Positions 35,114 to 47,344 of a stretch of 64,000 nucleotides of DNA are shown piece by piece (the stretch's first letter is position 1; every line of letters starts with the position of its first letter). The notes below the pieces were generated by a model, which was not told where the DNA came from, did not search any database, and saw only the letters and a program-made list of their open reading frames with translations. Both the position numbers and the translations under genes were made by a program. Origin of the DNA: Candidatus Jorgensenbacteria bacterium GW2011_GWA1_48_11. GTDB taxonomy: Bacteria > Patescibacteriota > Minisyncoccia > UBA6257 > GWB1-50-10. The stretch is taken from assembly GCA_001003475.1 (NCBI GenBank), contig LCPF01000001.1:234571-298570 (forward strand), read 5' to 3'.

Positions 35114-36844
35114 ATGACCGACCAAGAATTATTCAAGGAATTAACCAAACGGCAAATTTTAACGGCCGCTACCGCCAATAAAATTCTGAAAGAGGCCGAC
35201 CTTTCCGGTTCTTCGGCTGAGAACATGCTTTACGAGCAGCGTCTGGTCGACGACGTGGCGGTTGCCAAAGTGAAGAGCGAGCTTATCGGCGCGCCTTACA
35301 AGAAAATCGAGCCGTCTTCCATTTCCGACGATCTTTTAAAAGTTATTCCTCGGGAGGTTTCCCAAAATTACAAAGTGGTTCCGATCGAACGAAGCCGGGA
35401 TTTGCTCGTGGTGGGAATGCTGCGTCCGGACGATCAACGAGCGCAGGAGACGCTGAAATTCATTGCCAAGCAATTACGGGTTTCTTTGGGCGTTTACATC
35501 GTGACGCCGTCGGATTTAGCCGCCGTTTGGCGCCGATACGCCCCTTATTCGAGCGAAATTGAAGCGGCCGTGAAGGAAATGGGGGCGGTCGTGAACCGCG
35601 AAGAAGGCATTGTTTCCCTCGAAGAGGGCGCGGCGAGCGCCGAAGACGCGCCGATCATAAAAATCGTGGCTACGACCCTGCGGCAGGCTGTTGAGATTTT
35701 AGCTTCCGATATTCACATCGAGCCGCAAAGAAAAAGATTACGCATTCGTTTCCGGGTTGACGGCAAACTCGAGGAAGCGGTTTCGCTTCCGACGGCTTTG
35801 AGTCAGCCGGTCCTTTCGCGGGTCAAGGTTTTGGCGAAATTGCGCCTTGATGAGACGAGGATTCCCCAGGACGGCCGTTTTCGAACGATCATTGCCGGCC
35901 GGGACATCGATTATCGGGTTTCCACCTTCCCGACGCCTAACGGCGAAAAAGTTGCCATTCGGGTTTTGGATCCCACAACCGGCCTTAAGGGTTTGAAGGA
36001 AATCGGTTTAAGCGATTACAATTTCCGGATTTTGAACGAAGCCGTCGAGGCGCCTTACGGCATGGTTTTGATCACCGGCCCGACCGGTTCCGGTAAAAGT
36101 ACGACCCTTTATGCCATCATGCAGAAAATAAATTTGCCGGACGAGAATATCGTAAGTTTGGAAGATCCGGTCGAGTATTTCATGGAGGGCATCAATCAGT
36201 CCCAAGTGCGGCCGGAGATCGGTTACGATTTCGCCTCCGGTTTGCGGGAGATTTTGCGGCAGGACCCGGACGTGATCATGGTGGGCGAGATCCGCGACGC
36301 CGAGACCGCCGGTTTGGCCGTAAACGCGGCCTTGACCGGCCACATGATGCTCTCGACGCTCCATACCAATAATGCCCTGGGGGTCGTGCCCCGCTTAATC
36401 GATTTGGGCGTGCCCGGTTTCCTTTTGACCTCTTCCCTGAATCTGATGCTGGCTCAAAGATTGGTGGCCCGGCTGTGTCCCAACTGCAAAAAACCGGCGG
36501 TTGCTTCAGCCGAAGCCCAGAAGGTGATCGGCGAGACGCTCGAGAATCTGCCGGTCGAACTCAAGAAGGAAATCAAAGTCAAGCCGCCTTACCAGATTTA
36601 CCACGCCGAACCAGACCCGAATTGCAAGATTTGCAAAGGCAAAGGCGTGGTCGGCCGAATCGCGCTTTTCGAAATATTCAAAATGACCAAGGAATTGGGC
36701 GAGATCATCTCCTCCGGCTTTACGGAAAGCAAATTGGCGGTCGAAGCCCGACGCCAGGGCATGGTCACTTTGCGGGAAGACGGCATTTTGAAGGTGCTCG
36801 AAGGCACGGTATTATTAGAAGAGGTGATTAAAGAAACGGAATAA
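35114..36844 (+). CDS. pilB: Type IV pilus assembly ATPase PilB (GspE family)
   Basis: N-terminal GSPII_E_N domain, Walker A GPTGSGKSTTLYA, Asp and His boxes, tetracysteine CPNC…CKIC. Confidence 0.9.
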   Translation: MTDQELFKELTKRQILTAATANKILKEADLSGSSAENMLYEQRLVDDVAVAKVKSELIGAPYKKIEPSSISDDLLKVIPREVSQNYKVVPIERSRDLLVVGMLRPDDQRAQETLKFIAKQLRVSLGVYIVTPSDLAAVWRRYAPYSSEIEAAVKEMGAVVNREEGIVSLEEGAASAEDAPIIKIVATTLRQAVEILASDIHIEPQRKRLRIRFRVDGKLEEAVSLPTALSQPVLSRVKVLAKLRLDETRIPQDGRFRTIIAGRDIDYRVSTFPTPNGEKVAIRVLDPTTGLKGLKEIGLSDYNFRILNEAVEAPYGMVLITGPTGSGKSTTLYAIMQKINLPDENIVSLEDPVEYFMEGINQSQVRPEIGYDFASGLREILRQDPDVIMVGEIRDAETAGLAVNAALTGHMMLSTLHTNNALGVVPRLIDLGVPGFLLTSSLNLMLAQRLVARLCPNCKKPAVASAEAQKVIGETLENLPVELKKEIKVKPPYQIYHAEPDPNCKICKGKGVVGRIALFEIFKMTKELGEIISSGFTESKLAVEARRQGMVTLREDGILKVLEGTVLLEEVIKETE

Positions 36845-36948
36845 TCCCTTACCCTTCAAAAATTATGAAATTTATTTTAAGAGCAAAATTAGGCATTCAG
36901 GAAAAAGCTTCTTTGTCGGGAAGCGAATTTATATTTAAAGGGTGAGAG
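36845..36948 (+). mobile_element. pil-junction element copy B: TCCCTTACCCTTCAAAAAT … ATTTAAAGGGTGAGAG with a 26-codon mini-ORF (36865..36945)
   Basis: Starts right after the pilB TAA and ends immediately before the pilT ATG. The mini-ORF MKFILRAKLGIQEKASLSGSEFIFKG ends in a TGA 3 nt before the ATG. Confidence 0.6.
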
Positions 36949-38022
36949 ATGACGGACTACAAGGCTAAGTTGGACGAGCTCTTGATGACGACGGCGAAAC
37001 AGAACGCTTCGGATTTGCATTTGGCGGTCGGCCGCCGGCCGACGATCAGGGTGGACAGCGTTCTTATCCCCATTGCCAAGGAAGCGATCTTGACCAAGGA
37101 AGACGCCGAGGGTCTCGCGATGGCGCTTTTGAACGATGCCCAGAAGAAAGAATTTTTGGAAAAACGGGAGCTCGACCTTTCCTATAATTTTGAAGATAAG
37201 GCCCGGTTCCGGGTGAATGTTTATTTCCAGCGCGGATTTATGGCTGCCGCCCTGCGTTTGATTCCGGCCCAGATCAAGACAATTGAGGAGTTGAATCTGC
37301 CGCCGCTTTTGCATGATTTCACCAGGTTGAAGCAGGGATTCATTTTAATGACCGGCCCGGCCGGCCACGGCAAGTCCACCACTCTGGCGGCTCTCTTGGA
37401 TGAGATCAATCACAAGCGGACTGACCACATCATTACGATTGAAGACCCGATTGAATATTTGTTTTCCCAGGATCGTTGCATCATTTCCCAACGGGAAGTG
37501 GGGTTGGACACTTTTTCTTTTCAAGACGGCCTTCGTTCGATTTTGCGGCAGGATCCGGACGTGATCATGTTGGGCGAAATCCGCGACCCGGAGACGATGG
37601 CGACAGCGATGACGGCTGCCGAAACCGGCCATTTGGTTTTTTCGACCATGCATACCAATTCCGCTTCCCAGACCATTGATCGAATGATCGACAGCTTCCC
37701 GCCGAACCAGCAGGGTCAGATCATTTCCCAACTCGCTTCGACTCTGATCGCCGTGGTTTCGGAACGTTTGGTGCCGCGTTTGGGCGGCGGCCGAGTGCCA
37801 GCGGCCGAAATCATGATCGCGAACGCCGCCATCCGCAATTTGATCCGCGAAAAGAAGATTTACCAGATCGATTTGGTGATCGAAACCTCGATTCAGGAAG
37901 GAATGATGTCTTTAAATCGTTCACTCGTGAGCCTCGTCAGGAAAAAAGAGATTTCTTTGGAACAAGCCGAAGGTTATTCCTTGAACCCGGCCGAACTCAG
38001 GATATTATTAGAAAGAGCCTAA
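36949..38022 (+). CDS. pilT: Twitching-motility ATPase PilT
   Basis: Walker A GPAGHGKSTTLAA and the PilT-type Asp and His boxes; 357 aa. Confidence 0.85.
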   Translation: MTDYKAKLDELLMTTAKQNASDLHLAVGRRPTIRVDSVLIPIAKEAILTKEDAEGLAMALLNDAQKKEFLEKRELDLSYNFEDKARFRVNVYFQRGFMAAALRLIPAQIKTIEELNLPPLLHDFTRLKQGFILMTGPAGHGKSTTLAALLDEINHKRTDHIITIEDPIEYLFSQDRCIISQREVGLDTFSFQDGLRSILRQDPDVIMLGEIRDPETMATAMTAAETGHLVFSTMHTNSASQTIDRMIDSFPPNQQGQIISQLASTLIAVVSERLVPRLGGGRVPAAEIMIANAAIRNLIREKKIYQIDLVIETSIQEGMMSLNRSLVSLVRKKEISLEQAEGYSLNPAELRILLERA

Positions 38023-38159
38023 TCCCTCACCCTTCAAAGATATGAAGCTTAATCCAATCAATAAAATAATGTTTATGAATAAAACAGGCCGATTTCATAA
38101 AGGGTCGTTAATCATCAAAGACCGCTTCGAGAAGAAGCGTAATCTTTGAAGGATGAGGG
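38023..38159 (+). mobile_element. pil-junction element copy C: TCCCTCACCCTTCAAAGATA … TAATCTTTGAAGGATGAGGGA with a 26-codon mini-ORF (38069..38149)
   Basis: Starts right after the pilT TAA and ends 1 nt before the pilC ATG. The mini-ORF MFMNKTGRFHKGSLIIKDRFEKKRNL is close to copy A's (…KGTLIFEDRF…). Confidence 0.7.
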
Positions 38160-39365
38160 ATGAAATTCGGTTATAAAGCGAGGACGAAAGAAGGGGAATT
38201 GCAGGTGGGGAACGTCGACGCCTCGAATCGCGACAGTGCCCTCTCGATCCTTTTGAGTCACGGGCTTTACGTCCTTACGATCGAGCCGGTCATTGAGGAA
38301 AGATGGTACGACCGGATATTGAGTTTTTTCAAGAAGGTCAAAGCCGACGACATCATGATCTTTACGCGGCAGTTTGCGACGCTTTTGGCCTCGCAGGTGC
38401 CCTTATCCGACAGCTTGGCCAATCTTTACAAACAAGTTACCAATCCGACCCTGAAGGAGGCGGTTGCGGAGATCGCCTCGGACATTGATGCCGGCTTTTC
38501 CCTGTCTCAAGCCCTGGAGCGGCATACCGCCATTTTTTCCGCTTTTTACATCAACATGGTGAAATCGGCCGAAGTCACCGGCCGATTGGCCGAAGTGCTG
38601 GACTTCTTGGCCGACTATCTGGAGAAGCAGGCGACTTTGGTCGCGAAAGTGAAGAACGCCCTCATTTACCCGGTGATCGTGATCGCGCTTTTCCTCGTTG
38701 TCGTCGTCATTATGGTGACCGTGGTTTTGCCGCAAATCACGCCGGTCTTCAAGGAAACCAACGTTAAATTGCCGTTCTTTACCGAGGTTTTGCTTACGGT
38801 CGGCACTTTTGTCGCCGATTGGTGGTGGGCACTCGGCATAATTTTGATAATTCTTTTTTTGATGGTCGTTGATTATTTCCAATCGAAGGAAGGGAAAGTG
38901 GTTTTCGACGAGCTCTCCTTGCGACTGCCCGTCGTGGGGCCGATGTTCCAGAAACTTTTCATCGCCCGTTTCGCCGAGTCGAGCCGGGTCCTGATCAAAG
39001 GCGGGCTCACCATTCCCCAAGCGATCGAAATTTCCTCGCGTACCATCAGCAACGCGGTCTATCAGGATTTGCTCCACGAAGCGGCGATCCAGATCAGGAA
39101 GGGCCAGCTTTTATCGAAGACCTTGGCGCAAATGCCCGAGTTTCCGCCCCTGGTTTCCCAGCTCGTTTCGGTCGGCGAGTCCACTGGCCGACTGGAACAG
39201 CTTTTGGAGAAAATAAACGATTTTTACACGCGTCAAGTGGAAGACGTGGTCAATAACCTGGTAAGTTTGATCCAGCCGATCTTAATGGTGGTGATCGGCG
39301 TGATGATCGCTATTTTATTCGCTTCCATTCTTTTGCCGCTTTACGATTTGGCGCGGACCTTCTGA
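38160..39365 (+). CDS. pilC: Type IV pilus platform protein PilC (GspF family)
   Basis: Two GspF repeats and three TM segments; 401 aa. Confidence 0.85.
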   Translation: MKFGYKARTKEGELQVGNVDASNRDSALSILLSHGLYVLTIEPVIEERWYDRILSFFKKVKADDIMIFTRQFATLLASQVPLSDSLANLYKQVTNPTLKEAVAEIASDIDAGFSLSQALERHTAIFSAFYINMVKSAEVTGRLAEVLDFLADYLEKQATLVAKVKNALIYPVIVIALFLVVVVIMVTVVLPQITPVFKETNVKLPFFTEVLLTVGTFVADWWWALGIILIILFLMVVDYFQSKEGKVVFDELSLRLPVVGPMFQKLFIARFAESSRVLIKGGLTIPQAIEISSRTISNAVYQDLLHEAAIQIRKGQLLSKTLAQMPEFPPLVSQLVSVGESTGRLEQLLEKINDFYTRQVEDVVNNLVSLIQPILMVVIGVMIAILFASILLPLYDLARTF

Positions 39366-39378
39366 ACTTTTTTCGATA

Positions 39379-39387
39379 TGTTATAAT
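39379..39387 (+). promoter_or_regulatory. Extended -10 TGTTATAAT upstream of the major pilin gene
   Basis: An exact TGnTATAAT lies about 47 nt upstream of the pilin ATG. Confidence 0.4.
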
Positions 39388-39433
39388 TAGAACAATCTTT
39401 CAAGGTCGACAGTTTAATCAAAAATAAACAAAA

Positions 39434-39829
39434 ATGAGAAATAACAGAAAAGGCTTCACCTTAATCGAGATGTTGGTCGTAATTGCGGTCATCGGCATTT
39501 TGTCGGCGGCGGTCCTCACGGCTTTGGGTCCGTCAAGGGCGAAAGCTAAGGACACGAGGATAATTTCCGGCTTAAACCAGGTGCGGGCTTTGGCAGAAAC
39601 GCTTTATGACGGCGATTACGATGCCGTTGTGGTGACCCAGACCGACATTGCCAAGGTGGCAACCGATATCACCAATAATCAGGGTACGCTCACGATCAAT
39701 GTCGCGACAGACAAATTGAGCTATGCTGCTTATTCCAATCTGGTGAGTGGTGGGTTTTACTGCGTGGATAGCGCCGGCACTGCCAAGACTGAAGCAGCGA
39801 CTCCGGGAATCGGAGCGGTCTGCCCGTAA
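39434..39829 (+). CDS. pilA: Type IV pilin (class III signal peptide)
   Basis: Prepilin motif KGFTLIEMLVVIAVIGIL, where G|F is the cleavage and N-methylation site; C-terminal Cys pair. Confidence 0.85.
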   Translation: MRNNRKGFTLIEMLVVIAVIGILSAAVLTALGPSRAKAKDTRIISGLNQVRALAETLYDGDYDAVVVTQTDIAKVATDITNNQGTLTINVATDKLSYAAYSNLVSGGFYCVDSAGTAKTEAATPGIGAVCP

Positions 39830-39856
39830 TTCAGGGGTTGTTAAGCGAAAAAGTTT

Positions 39857-40300
39857 ATGAAGAAACAAGAAGGCTTCACTTTAATTGAAATGCTCGTGGT
39901 CGTGGCCGTAATCGGCATCCTGTCCTCGGTTGTTTTGAACGCCCTTGGGCCAGCCAAGGAAAAGGCCAAAGACTCGCGGATCATCCAGGAGATAAATCAG
40001 GTGCGGTCTTTGGCCGAAACCATGTACAACGGTAATTACGGCACTCTCGAAACCCTGCCCAAAGAAACGATCAACAATTCGGATTTAAGGGCTTTGGCGG
40101 ACGATATCACCTTGCAGGGCGGCGAGTTGGTCATTCAGAAAGCTACCCCACCGACGAATTACATCGCCTATTCGAAATTGAATACGCTGGTCGGGGCGAG
40201 TGATAACCCGAAAATTAATTATTATTGCATTGATTCGAGCGGCCGTTCCGGGTTCACGACCGCCGATTTGACCGGCAAAATTCAATGTCCTTTTGAGTAG
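39857..40300 (+). CDS. Second type IV pilin paralogue
   Basis: EGFTLIEMLVVVAVIGIL prepilin motif and a C-terminal disulfide pair; about 50% identical to the first pilin. Confidence 0.85.
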   Translation: MKKQEGFTLIEMLVVVAVIGILSSVVLNALGPAKEKAKDSRIIQEINQVRSLAETMYNGNYGTLETLPKETINNSDLRALADDITLQGGELVIQKATPPTNYIAYSKLNTLVGASDNPKINYYCIDSSGRSGFTTADLTGKIQCPFE

Positions 40301-40315
40301 GGTTTTTACCTGAAT

Positions 40316-41218
40316 GTGGCTTACGTCTTTTACTTGATTCTTTTTGTTTTAGGTTTGGGCTTCGGCAGTTTCCTGAATGTCCTTGCGATGCGCTACGATC
40401 CGAATCGTAGCGTTTTTGCGCCCGAAAGCCTGGGCGGCCGTTCTTATTGCCCGCATTGCCATAAAATTTTACGGGAATTCGAATTGATCCCGATTTTAAG
40501 TTTCCTGTTTCAGAGGGGCCGTTGCCGCTCCTGCCGCCACAAATTATCCCCGCAATACCCGATCGTCGAAATCTTGAGCGGTTTGATTTTCGTTTCCATT
40601 CCTCTATTCCTGAATTCTTTTTATCAGATCTCGAATTCGGCTTTTATCAATTTCAGTGCTCCGCGGGCGCATTACAGCATTATTTTTATTTGGCTCGTTG
40701 CCTTTTGGGTTTGGCTTTTGATCGCCGCAATCGACCTGAAGCATTATTTGATTCCCAACGAGTTAAGCCTGGTTTTTATCATTTTGGCGGCGATTTTGGT
40801 TATGGTCTTGATTTTCGGCCGTAGCTGGTTGCCGCCTTTCCACGATTCTTTTCTGCGGCACTATTCTCTTGTCTTTTCGCCGACCCAAAACGTAATTTTG
40901 AACCATTTGCTGGGCGGCATTTTCGGCGCCCTTTTCTTTTATTTTTTGTATTTTTTGAGCCGCGGCAAAGCCGTTGGTCTTGGGGACGCAAAATTGGCCG
41001 GCGCTTCCGGCCTCCTCATGGGTTGGCCGGATATCGTCTTGGCCACGGCTTTGGCTTTCGTCTTGGGCGGCATTTTCGGCGCCGTTCTTCTTATCGAAAA
41101 AAAGAAAACCTTGAGTAGCCGGTTGCCTTTCGCGCCGTTTTTGGTGGCCGGCTTTGCCTTGGTTTTTTTCTTCGGTTACTCGATCGTGGGCGGTTATTTC
41201 GGCTTGTTTAATTTGTAA
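40316..41218 (+). CDS. pilD: Prepilin peptidase (A24 family) PilD
   Basis: N-terminal CxxC…CxxC zinc-binding tetrad plus a polytopic membrane domain with the two catalytic Asp; GTG start. Confidence 0.8.
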   Translation: MAYVFYLILFVLGLGFGSFLNVLAMRYDPNRSVFAPESLGGRSYCPHCHKILREFELIPILSFLFQRGRCRSCRHKLSPQYPIVEILSGLIFVSIPLFLNSFYQISNSAFINFSAPRAHYSIIFIWLVAFWVWLLIAAIDLKHYLIPNELSLVFIILAAILVMVLIFGRSWLPPFHDSFLRHYSLVFSPTQNVILNHLLGGIFGALFFYFLYFLSRGKAVGLGDAKLAGASGLLMGWPDIVLATALAFVLGGIFGAVLLIEKKKTLSSRLPFAPFLVAGFALVFFFGYSIVGGYFGLFNL

Positions 41219-41255
41219 TTTTCGCCGTTCGAAAGCTGTTGTATAATGAGAGAGC

Positions 41256-41807
41256 ATGAAGGAATTTTCTTCCGCTTCAGCCCGCGCCGGCTTTACGCTT
41301 ATGGAATTGATCATAGTGATTGGGGTCACAATGGTCCTTTCGGCGGTGGTCTTGGGCTACAGCCGTTCGAGCGAAAACCAAATCGCTCTATATAAGGATC
41401 AGGCGGCGATTGTGGGGTTTTTAAACGAAGCTAAATCTTTGGCCATTCAGAAATACAATCAACCGGGAACCACAGGTTACATCGCCTGCGCTTTCGGCGT
41501 TCATTTCGAAACAGCGAACACATTCGTTATCTTTCAGGATTTGGAACCGGGCGATGTTTGCCCCAGGAGCAGGACCTACGCTTATAATGCCGGCGCCGAC
41601 CCGACCGAACTCATTAAAAGCGCGACGCTCGATTCGGGCATAAGTTTTTCCGATTTATCGGGCGGCAGCAGTTTGGATATCGAATTCATCGCTCCGGAAG
41701 TGACCGTGACGTCGACCGTCGTGAATCCGAGCGTCACCTTGCGGACAGTGAGCGGCATTTCCGCCAGGATTGAGGTCGGCTCGGGCGGCCAAATAGTCAC
41801 CCAATAA
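41256..41807 (+). CDS. Minor pilin / pseudopilin
   Basis: AGFTLMELIIVIGV prepilin signal. Confidence 0.7.
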   Translation: MKEFSSASARAGFTLMELIIVIGVTMVLSAVVLGYSRSSENQIALYKDQAAIVGFLNEAKSLAIQKYNQPGTTGYIACAFGVHFETANTFVIFQDLEPGDVCPRSRTYAYNAGADPTELIKSATLDSGISFSDLSGGSSLDIEFIAPEVTVTSTVVNPSVTLRTVSGISARIEVGSGGQIVTQ

Positions 41808-41812
41808 ACCTC

Positions 41813-42340
41813 ATGGCTACTAATAACCGTACCGGCAGCTTGATGATCGAATCCCTGGTTGCGATCAGTATCACCCTCGTCAGTCTTTTGGGGATTTTCG
41901 CTCTTCTGTCGCAAAGCATCGCTTTAAACAAGAACGCCAGCCAAAAATTTGTCGCCGTTTATTTGGCGGCGGAAGGCATTGAGATCGCGAGGAGCATTGT
42001 TGACGCCAATTATACGGCCTCGACTTACCCGAGCTCGACGAGTTGGAACAGTGGCATTAATAACGGCAGTTTTGAATTGGGTTATGACAGCGACGTTTCA
42101 GCCCTGGATTTATCCAAGGATTTGGGCGGTTTGAGCGCGACGCCTCTTAATATCGATGCCGGGAGCGGCATTTACGGCTATGGCGCCGGCCAACCGACGC
42201 CTTTCATGCGGACCGTGATCATTTCCACCCCTAACGCCTCCGACCACGAGATAAAAGTCGTCTCCCTGGTCCAGTGGCCGGAAAGAGGCGCGCTGCAGAG
42301 CGTTTCCTTGGAGGATCATTTTTTCAATTGGCGACCATGA
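41813..42340 (+). CDS. Minor pilin (PilV/GspI-like)
   Basis: GSLMIESLVAISI N-terminal prepilin-like helix. Confidence 0.6.
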   Translation: MATNNRTGSLMIESLVAISITLVSLLGIFALLSQSIALNKNASQKFVAVYLAAEGIEIARSIVDANYTASTYPSSTSWNSGINNGSFELGYDSDVSALDLSKDLGGLSATPLNIDAGSGIYGYGAGQPTPFMRTVIISTPNASDHEIKVVSLVQWPERGALQSVSLEDHFFNWRP

Positions 42341-42952
42341 GAAAATTAACCGATAACAAACAACTTATAACTAATAACAAGCGTTATCGGTTATCATTTA
42401 TAAGTTATAGGTCGAGAGCCGGTTTTACGATCGTCGAGCTCATCGTGGCCATGGGGGTGTTTTTAATCGCCATCACTTTGGCAATCGGGGTTTTTGTCCA
42501 GGCGTTGAAAACTCAGCGGATCGTCAATTATTTAATGTCCGTGAACAGCAACGCCTCAATCGCTTTGGAGGGTTTGGCCAGGGAACTCAGAACGGGTTAC
42601 GCCTTTAGTTTGAGCGAACTTGATCCGCCGCCGCCGAACCCCTGCCTTAATCCCCAATTCGACAGAATTTCTTTCAAGAATTCCAACAGCAAGCTCGTGA
42701 CATACGATATTGAGAACGGCGTTCTGGCACGGCAAGAATGCGACAGCGCCGGTTGCGCCGGAGCAGAACCGTTTATGGCCATAACCGCTTCCAATATTTT
42801 GGTGAGCCGCCTTTGTTTTACGAAGACCCAGCCAACATCGAATGATCCTTGGCGGATCTCCATTTTTTTGACGGTCGGTTCGCCCAACCCCGATTTAGCC
42901 ACAAACGTGCTCAATTTGGAGACAACAGTCAGTTCGAGAATTTTACCCCAAG

Positions 42953-42963
<11 letters not shown>
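42337..42963 (+). CDS. Minor pilin (PilW/GspJ-like)
   Basis: Start taken at MRKLTDN…, which has ATGA overlap with the upstream gene; AGFTIVELIVAMGV prepilin motif. Confidence 0.6.
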
Positions 42964-45396
<2,433 letters not shown>

Positions 45397-45422
45397 TCGG
45401 TTCGTCGCGGTATAATTCTTTC

Positions 45423-45740
45423 ATGCTTTCCAAAAAAGATTTGGAAAACTTGGCGGCTTTGGCCAGGCTCCGGATTGATGCGAAAAACGAAAAGAAATTG
45501 ATCCAAGATCTAGAAAAGATCCTGGGGCACTTTAACGAGCTGAAAAACGTCGATACGCAGAACGTGGAACCAATGACCGGCGGCACGGCGTTCACGAATA
45601 TCTTCCGGGAAGACGACGCCATTGGCGGCGGTTTGGATAAAACCTCGGCTCTGGAGCAATTTCCGGAAAAAAAGGACGGTTTTTTGAAAATCCCGCCGGT
45701 TTTTTCCGACAAAGGCGGATTCGTCTTGGACGAAGAATAA
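45423..45740 (+). CDS. gatC: Glu-tRNA(Gln)/Asp-tRNA(Asn) amidotransferase subunit C
   Basis: 105-aa GatC-like protein located directly upstream of gatA. Confidence 0.75.
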   Translation: MLSKKDLENLAALARLRIDAKNEKKLIQDLEKILGHFNELKNVDTQNVEPMTGGTAFTNIFREDDAIGGGLDKTSALEQFPEKKDGFLKIPPVFSDKGGFVLDEE

Positions 45741-45741
45741 T

Positions 45742-47199
45742 ATGGCTCATCTGCACGATCTCACCCTCAAAAGTTTTCACGCCGGGCTTTTAAGAAAAGA
45801 TTTTTCCGCTTTGGAAATCGCCCGGGATTTTTTCGATTATATCGATTTGCACGACAAAAAAATTCACGCCTATCTGAGCTTGTTGAAAGACGAAGCGGTA
45901 AAACAAGCAAGCGAAGTTGACGTGGCTTTGGCCAAAGAAGGGGAATTGGGTTTTTTGGCCGGCGCCCCCTTGGCCATAAAAGACAATATGCTGATTGACG
46001 GTACCCAAACCACGGCGGCTTCGAAAATTTTGGAAAATTACACGGCGGCTTATGATGCCGCCGTGATTGGGAAATTGAAAGCGGAAAAGGCGGTTTTTCT
46101 CGGCAAAACCAATTTGGATGAATTTGCCATGGGCTCTTCGACCGAAAACTCGGCATATGGCGCGACCATAAATCCTTATGACGAATCCCGCGTGCCGGGC
46201 GGTTCATCCGGCGGTTCGGCGGCGGCCGTGGCGGCGAATATGGCCTTGGCGGCTTTGGGCTCGGATACGGGCGGTTCGGTCCGTCAGCCGGCGGCCTTTT
46301 GCGGCGTGGTCGGCCTGAAGCCGACCTATGGCGCGGTTTCGCGACATGGCCTTATTGCCATGGCTTCGAGTTTGGACCAAATCGGGCCGATCACGAAAAC
46401 TGTGGAAGATGCCGCAATTTTATTCCAGGCCATCCGGGGTAAGGATGAATTTGACAGCACGAGCGTGAACAACGCTTATGAGGATATTTTGGAACCGCCG
46501 GAATTGGAAAAAATCCGAAAATTGAAAATCGGCATTCCCAAAGAATATTTCACCAACGATCTGGAAAGCGGGGTGGCCGAGGCCGTGGAGCAGGCGATCA
46601 GAAATTTTAAATCCCTGAAAATAGAATTCAAAGAAGTCAGCTTGCCGCACACGAAATATGCGCTTTCAGTCTATTACATCATTATGCCGGCCGAAGTTTC
46701 CACGAATTTGGCGAGATTCGACGGCATAAGGTATGCGCGGCTTAAGGAAGCGGAGAAAGCCAAAAACCTTCTCGAAATTTATCTGGAACAAAAAAGTCGG
46801 GGTTTTGGCGCCGAATCAAAGCGGCGGATTCTACTCGGCACTTTCGTGCTTTCCGCCGGCTATTACGACGCTTATTACGGTAAGGCTCAGCGGGTGCGCC
46901 GCTTGATCAAGAATGATTTTGACAGCGCTTTCAAGGAGGTGGACGTGATCTTGGCGCCGACGACGCCGGACGCGGCTTTCAAGCTCGGCGAAAAGACCGC
47001 CGATCCGCTTCAGATGTACCTTTCGGATATTTTTACGATTCCGGCGAGCTTAACCGGCCTGCCCGCCATCTCCATCCCGGTCAAAAAATATTCTTTGGCC
47101 GACAGGGAATTGCCCGTCGGCTTCCAGCTGATCGGCCGGCCTTTCCGCGAAAAAGACATTTTGGACCTGGGTCAATTCTACGAAAAGATCGGTTCCTAA
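45742..47199 (+). CDS. gatA: Glu-tRNA(Gln) amidotransferase subunit A (amidase signature family)
   Basis: Amidase signature GGSSGGSAAAVAA with Ser-cisSer-Lys triad context; 485 aa. Confidence 0.9.
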   Translation: MAHLHDLTLKSFHAGLLRKDFSALEIARDFFDYIDLHDKKIHAYLSLLKDEAVKQASEVDVALAKEGELGFLAGAPLAIKDNMLIDGTQTTAASKILENYTAAYDAAVIGKLKAEKAVFLGKTNLDEFAMGSSTENSAYGATINPYDESRVPGGSSGGSAAAVAANMALAALGSDTGGSVRQPAAFCGVVGLKPTYGAVSRHGLIAMASSLDQIGPITKTVEDAAILFQAIRGKDEFDSTSVNNAYEDILEPPELEKIRKLKIGIPKEYFTNDLESGVAEAVEQAIRNFKSLKIEFKEVSLPHTKYALSVYYIIMPAEVSTNLARFDGIRYARLKEAEKAKNLLEIYLEQKSRGFGAESKRRILLGTFVLSAGYYDAYYGKAQRVRRLIKNDFDSAFKEVDVILAPTTPDAAFKLGEKTADPLQMYLSDIFTIPASLTGLPAISIPVKKYSLADRELPVGFQLIGRPFREKDILDLGQFYEKIGS

Positions 47200-47208
47200 G
47201 ATTTTTTG

Positions 47209-47283
47209 CGCAGCCGACGGGATTCGAACCCGTGATCTTCTCCGTGACAGGGAGACGTGTTAACCAGGCTACACTACGGCTGC
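47209..47283 (-). tRNA. tRNA-Asp (anticodon GTC)
   Basis: Acceptor GCAGCCG/CGGCTGC, anticodon stem TCTCC/GGAGA with loop CTGTCAC, T-loop TTCGAAT. Confidence 0.8.
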
Positions 47284-47344
47284 ATCAATGCCACTTTATC
47301 AAGATTTGGGAAAAATGACAATAATCCCTTCCCATTTTTTGGTA

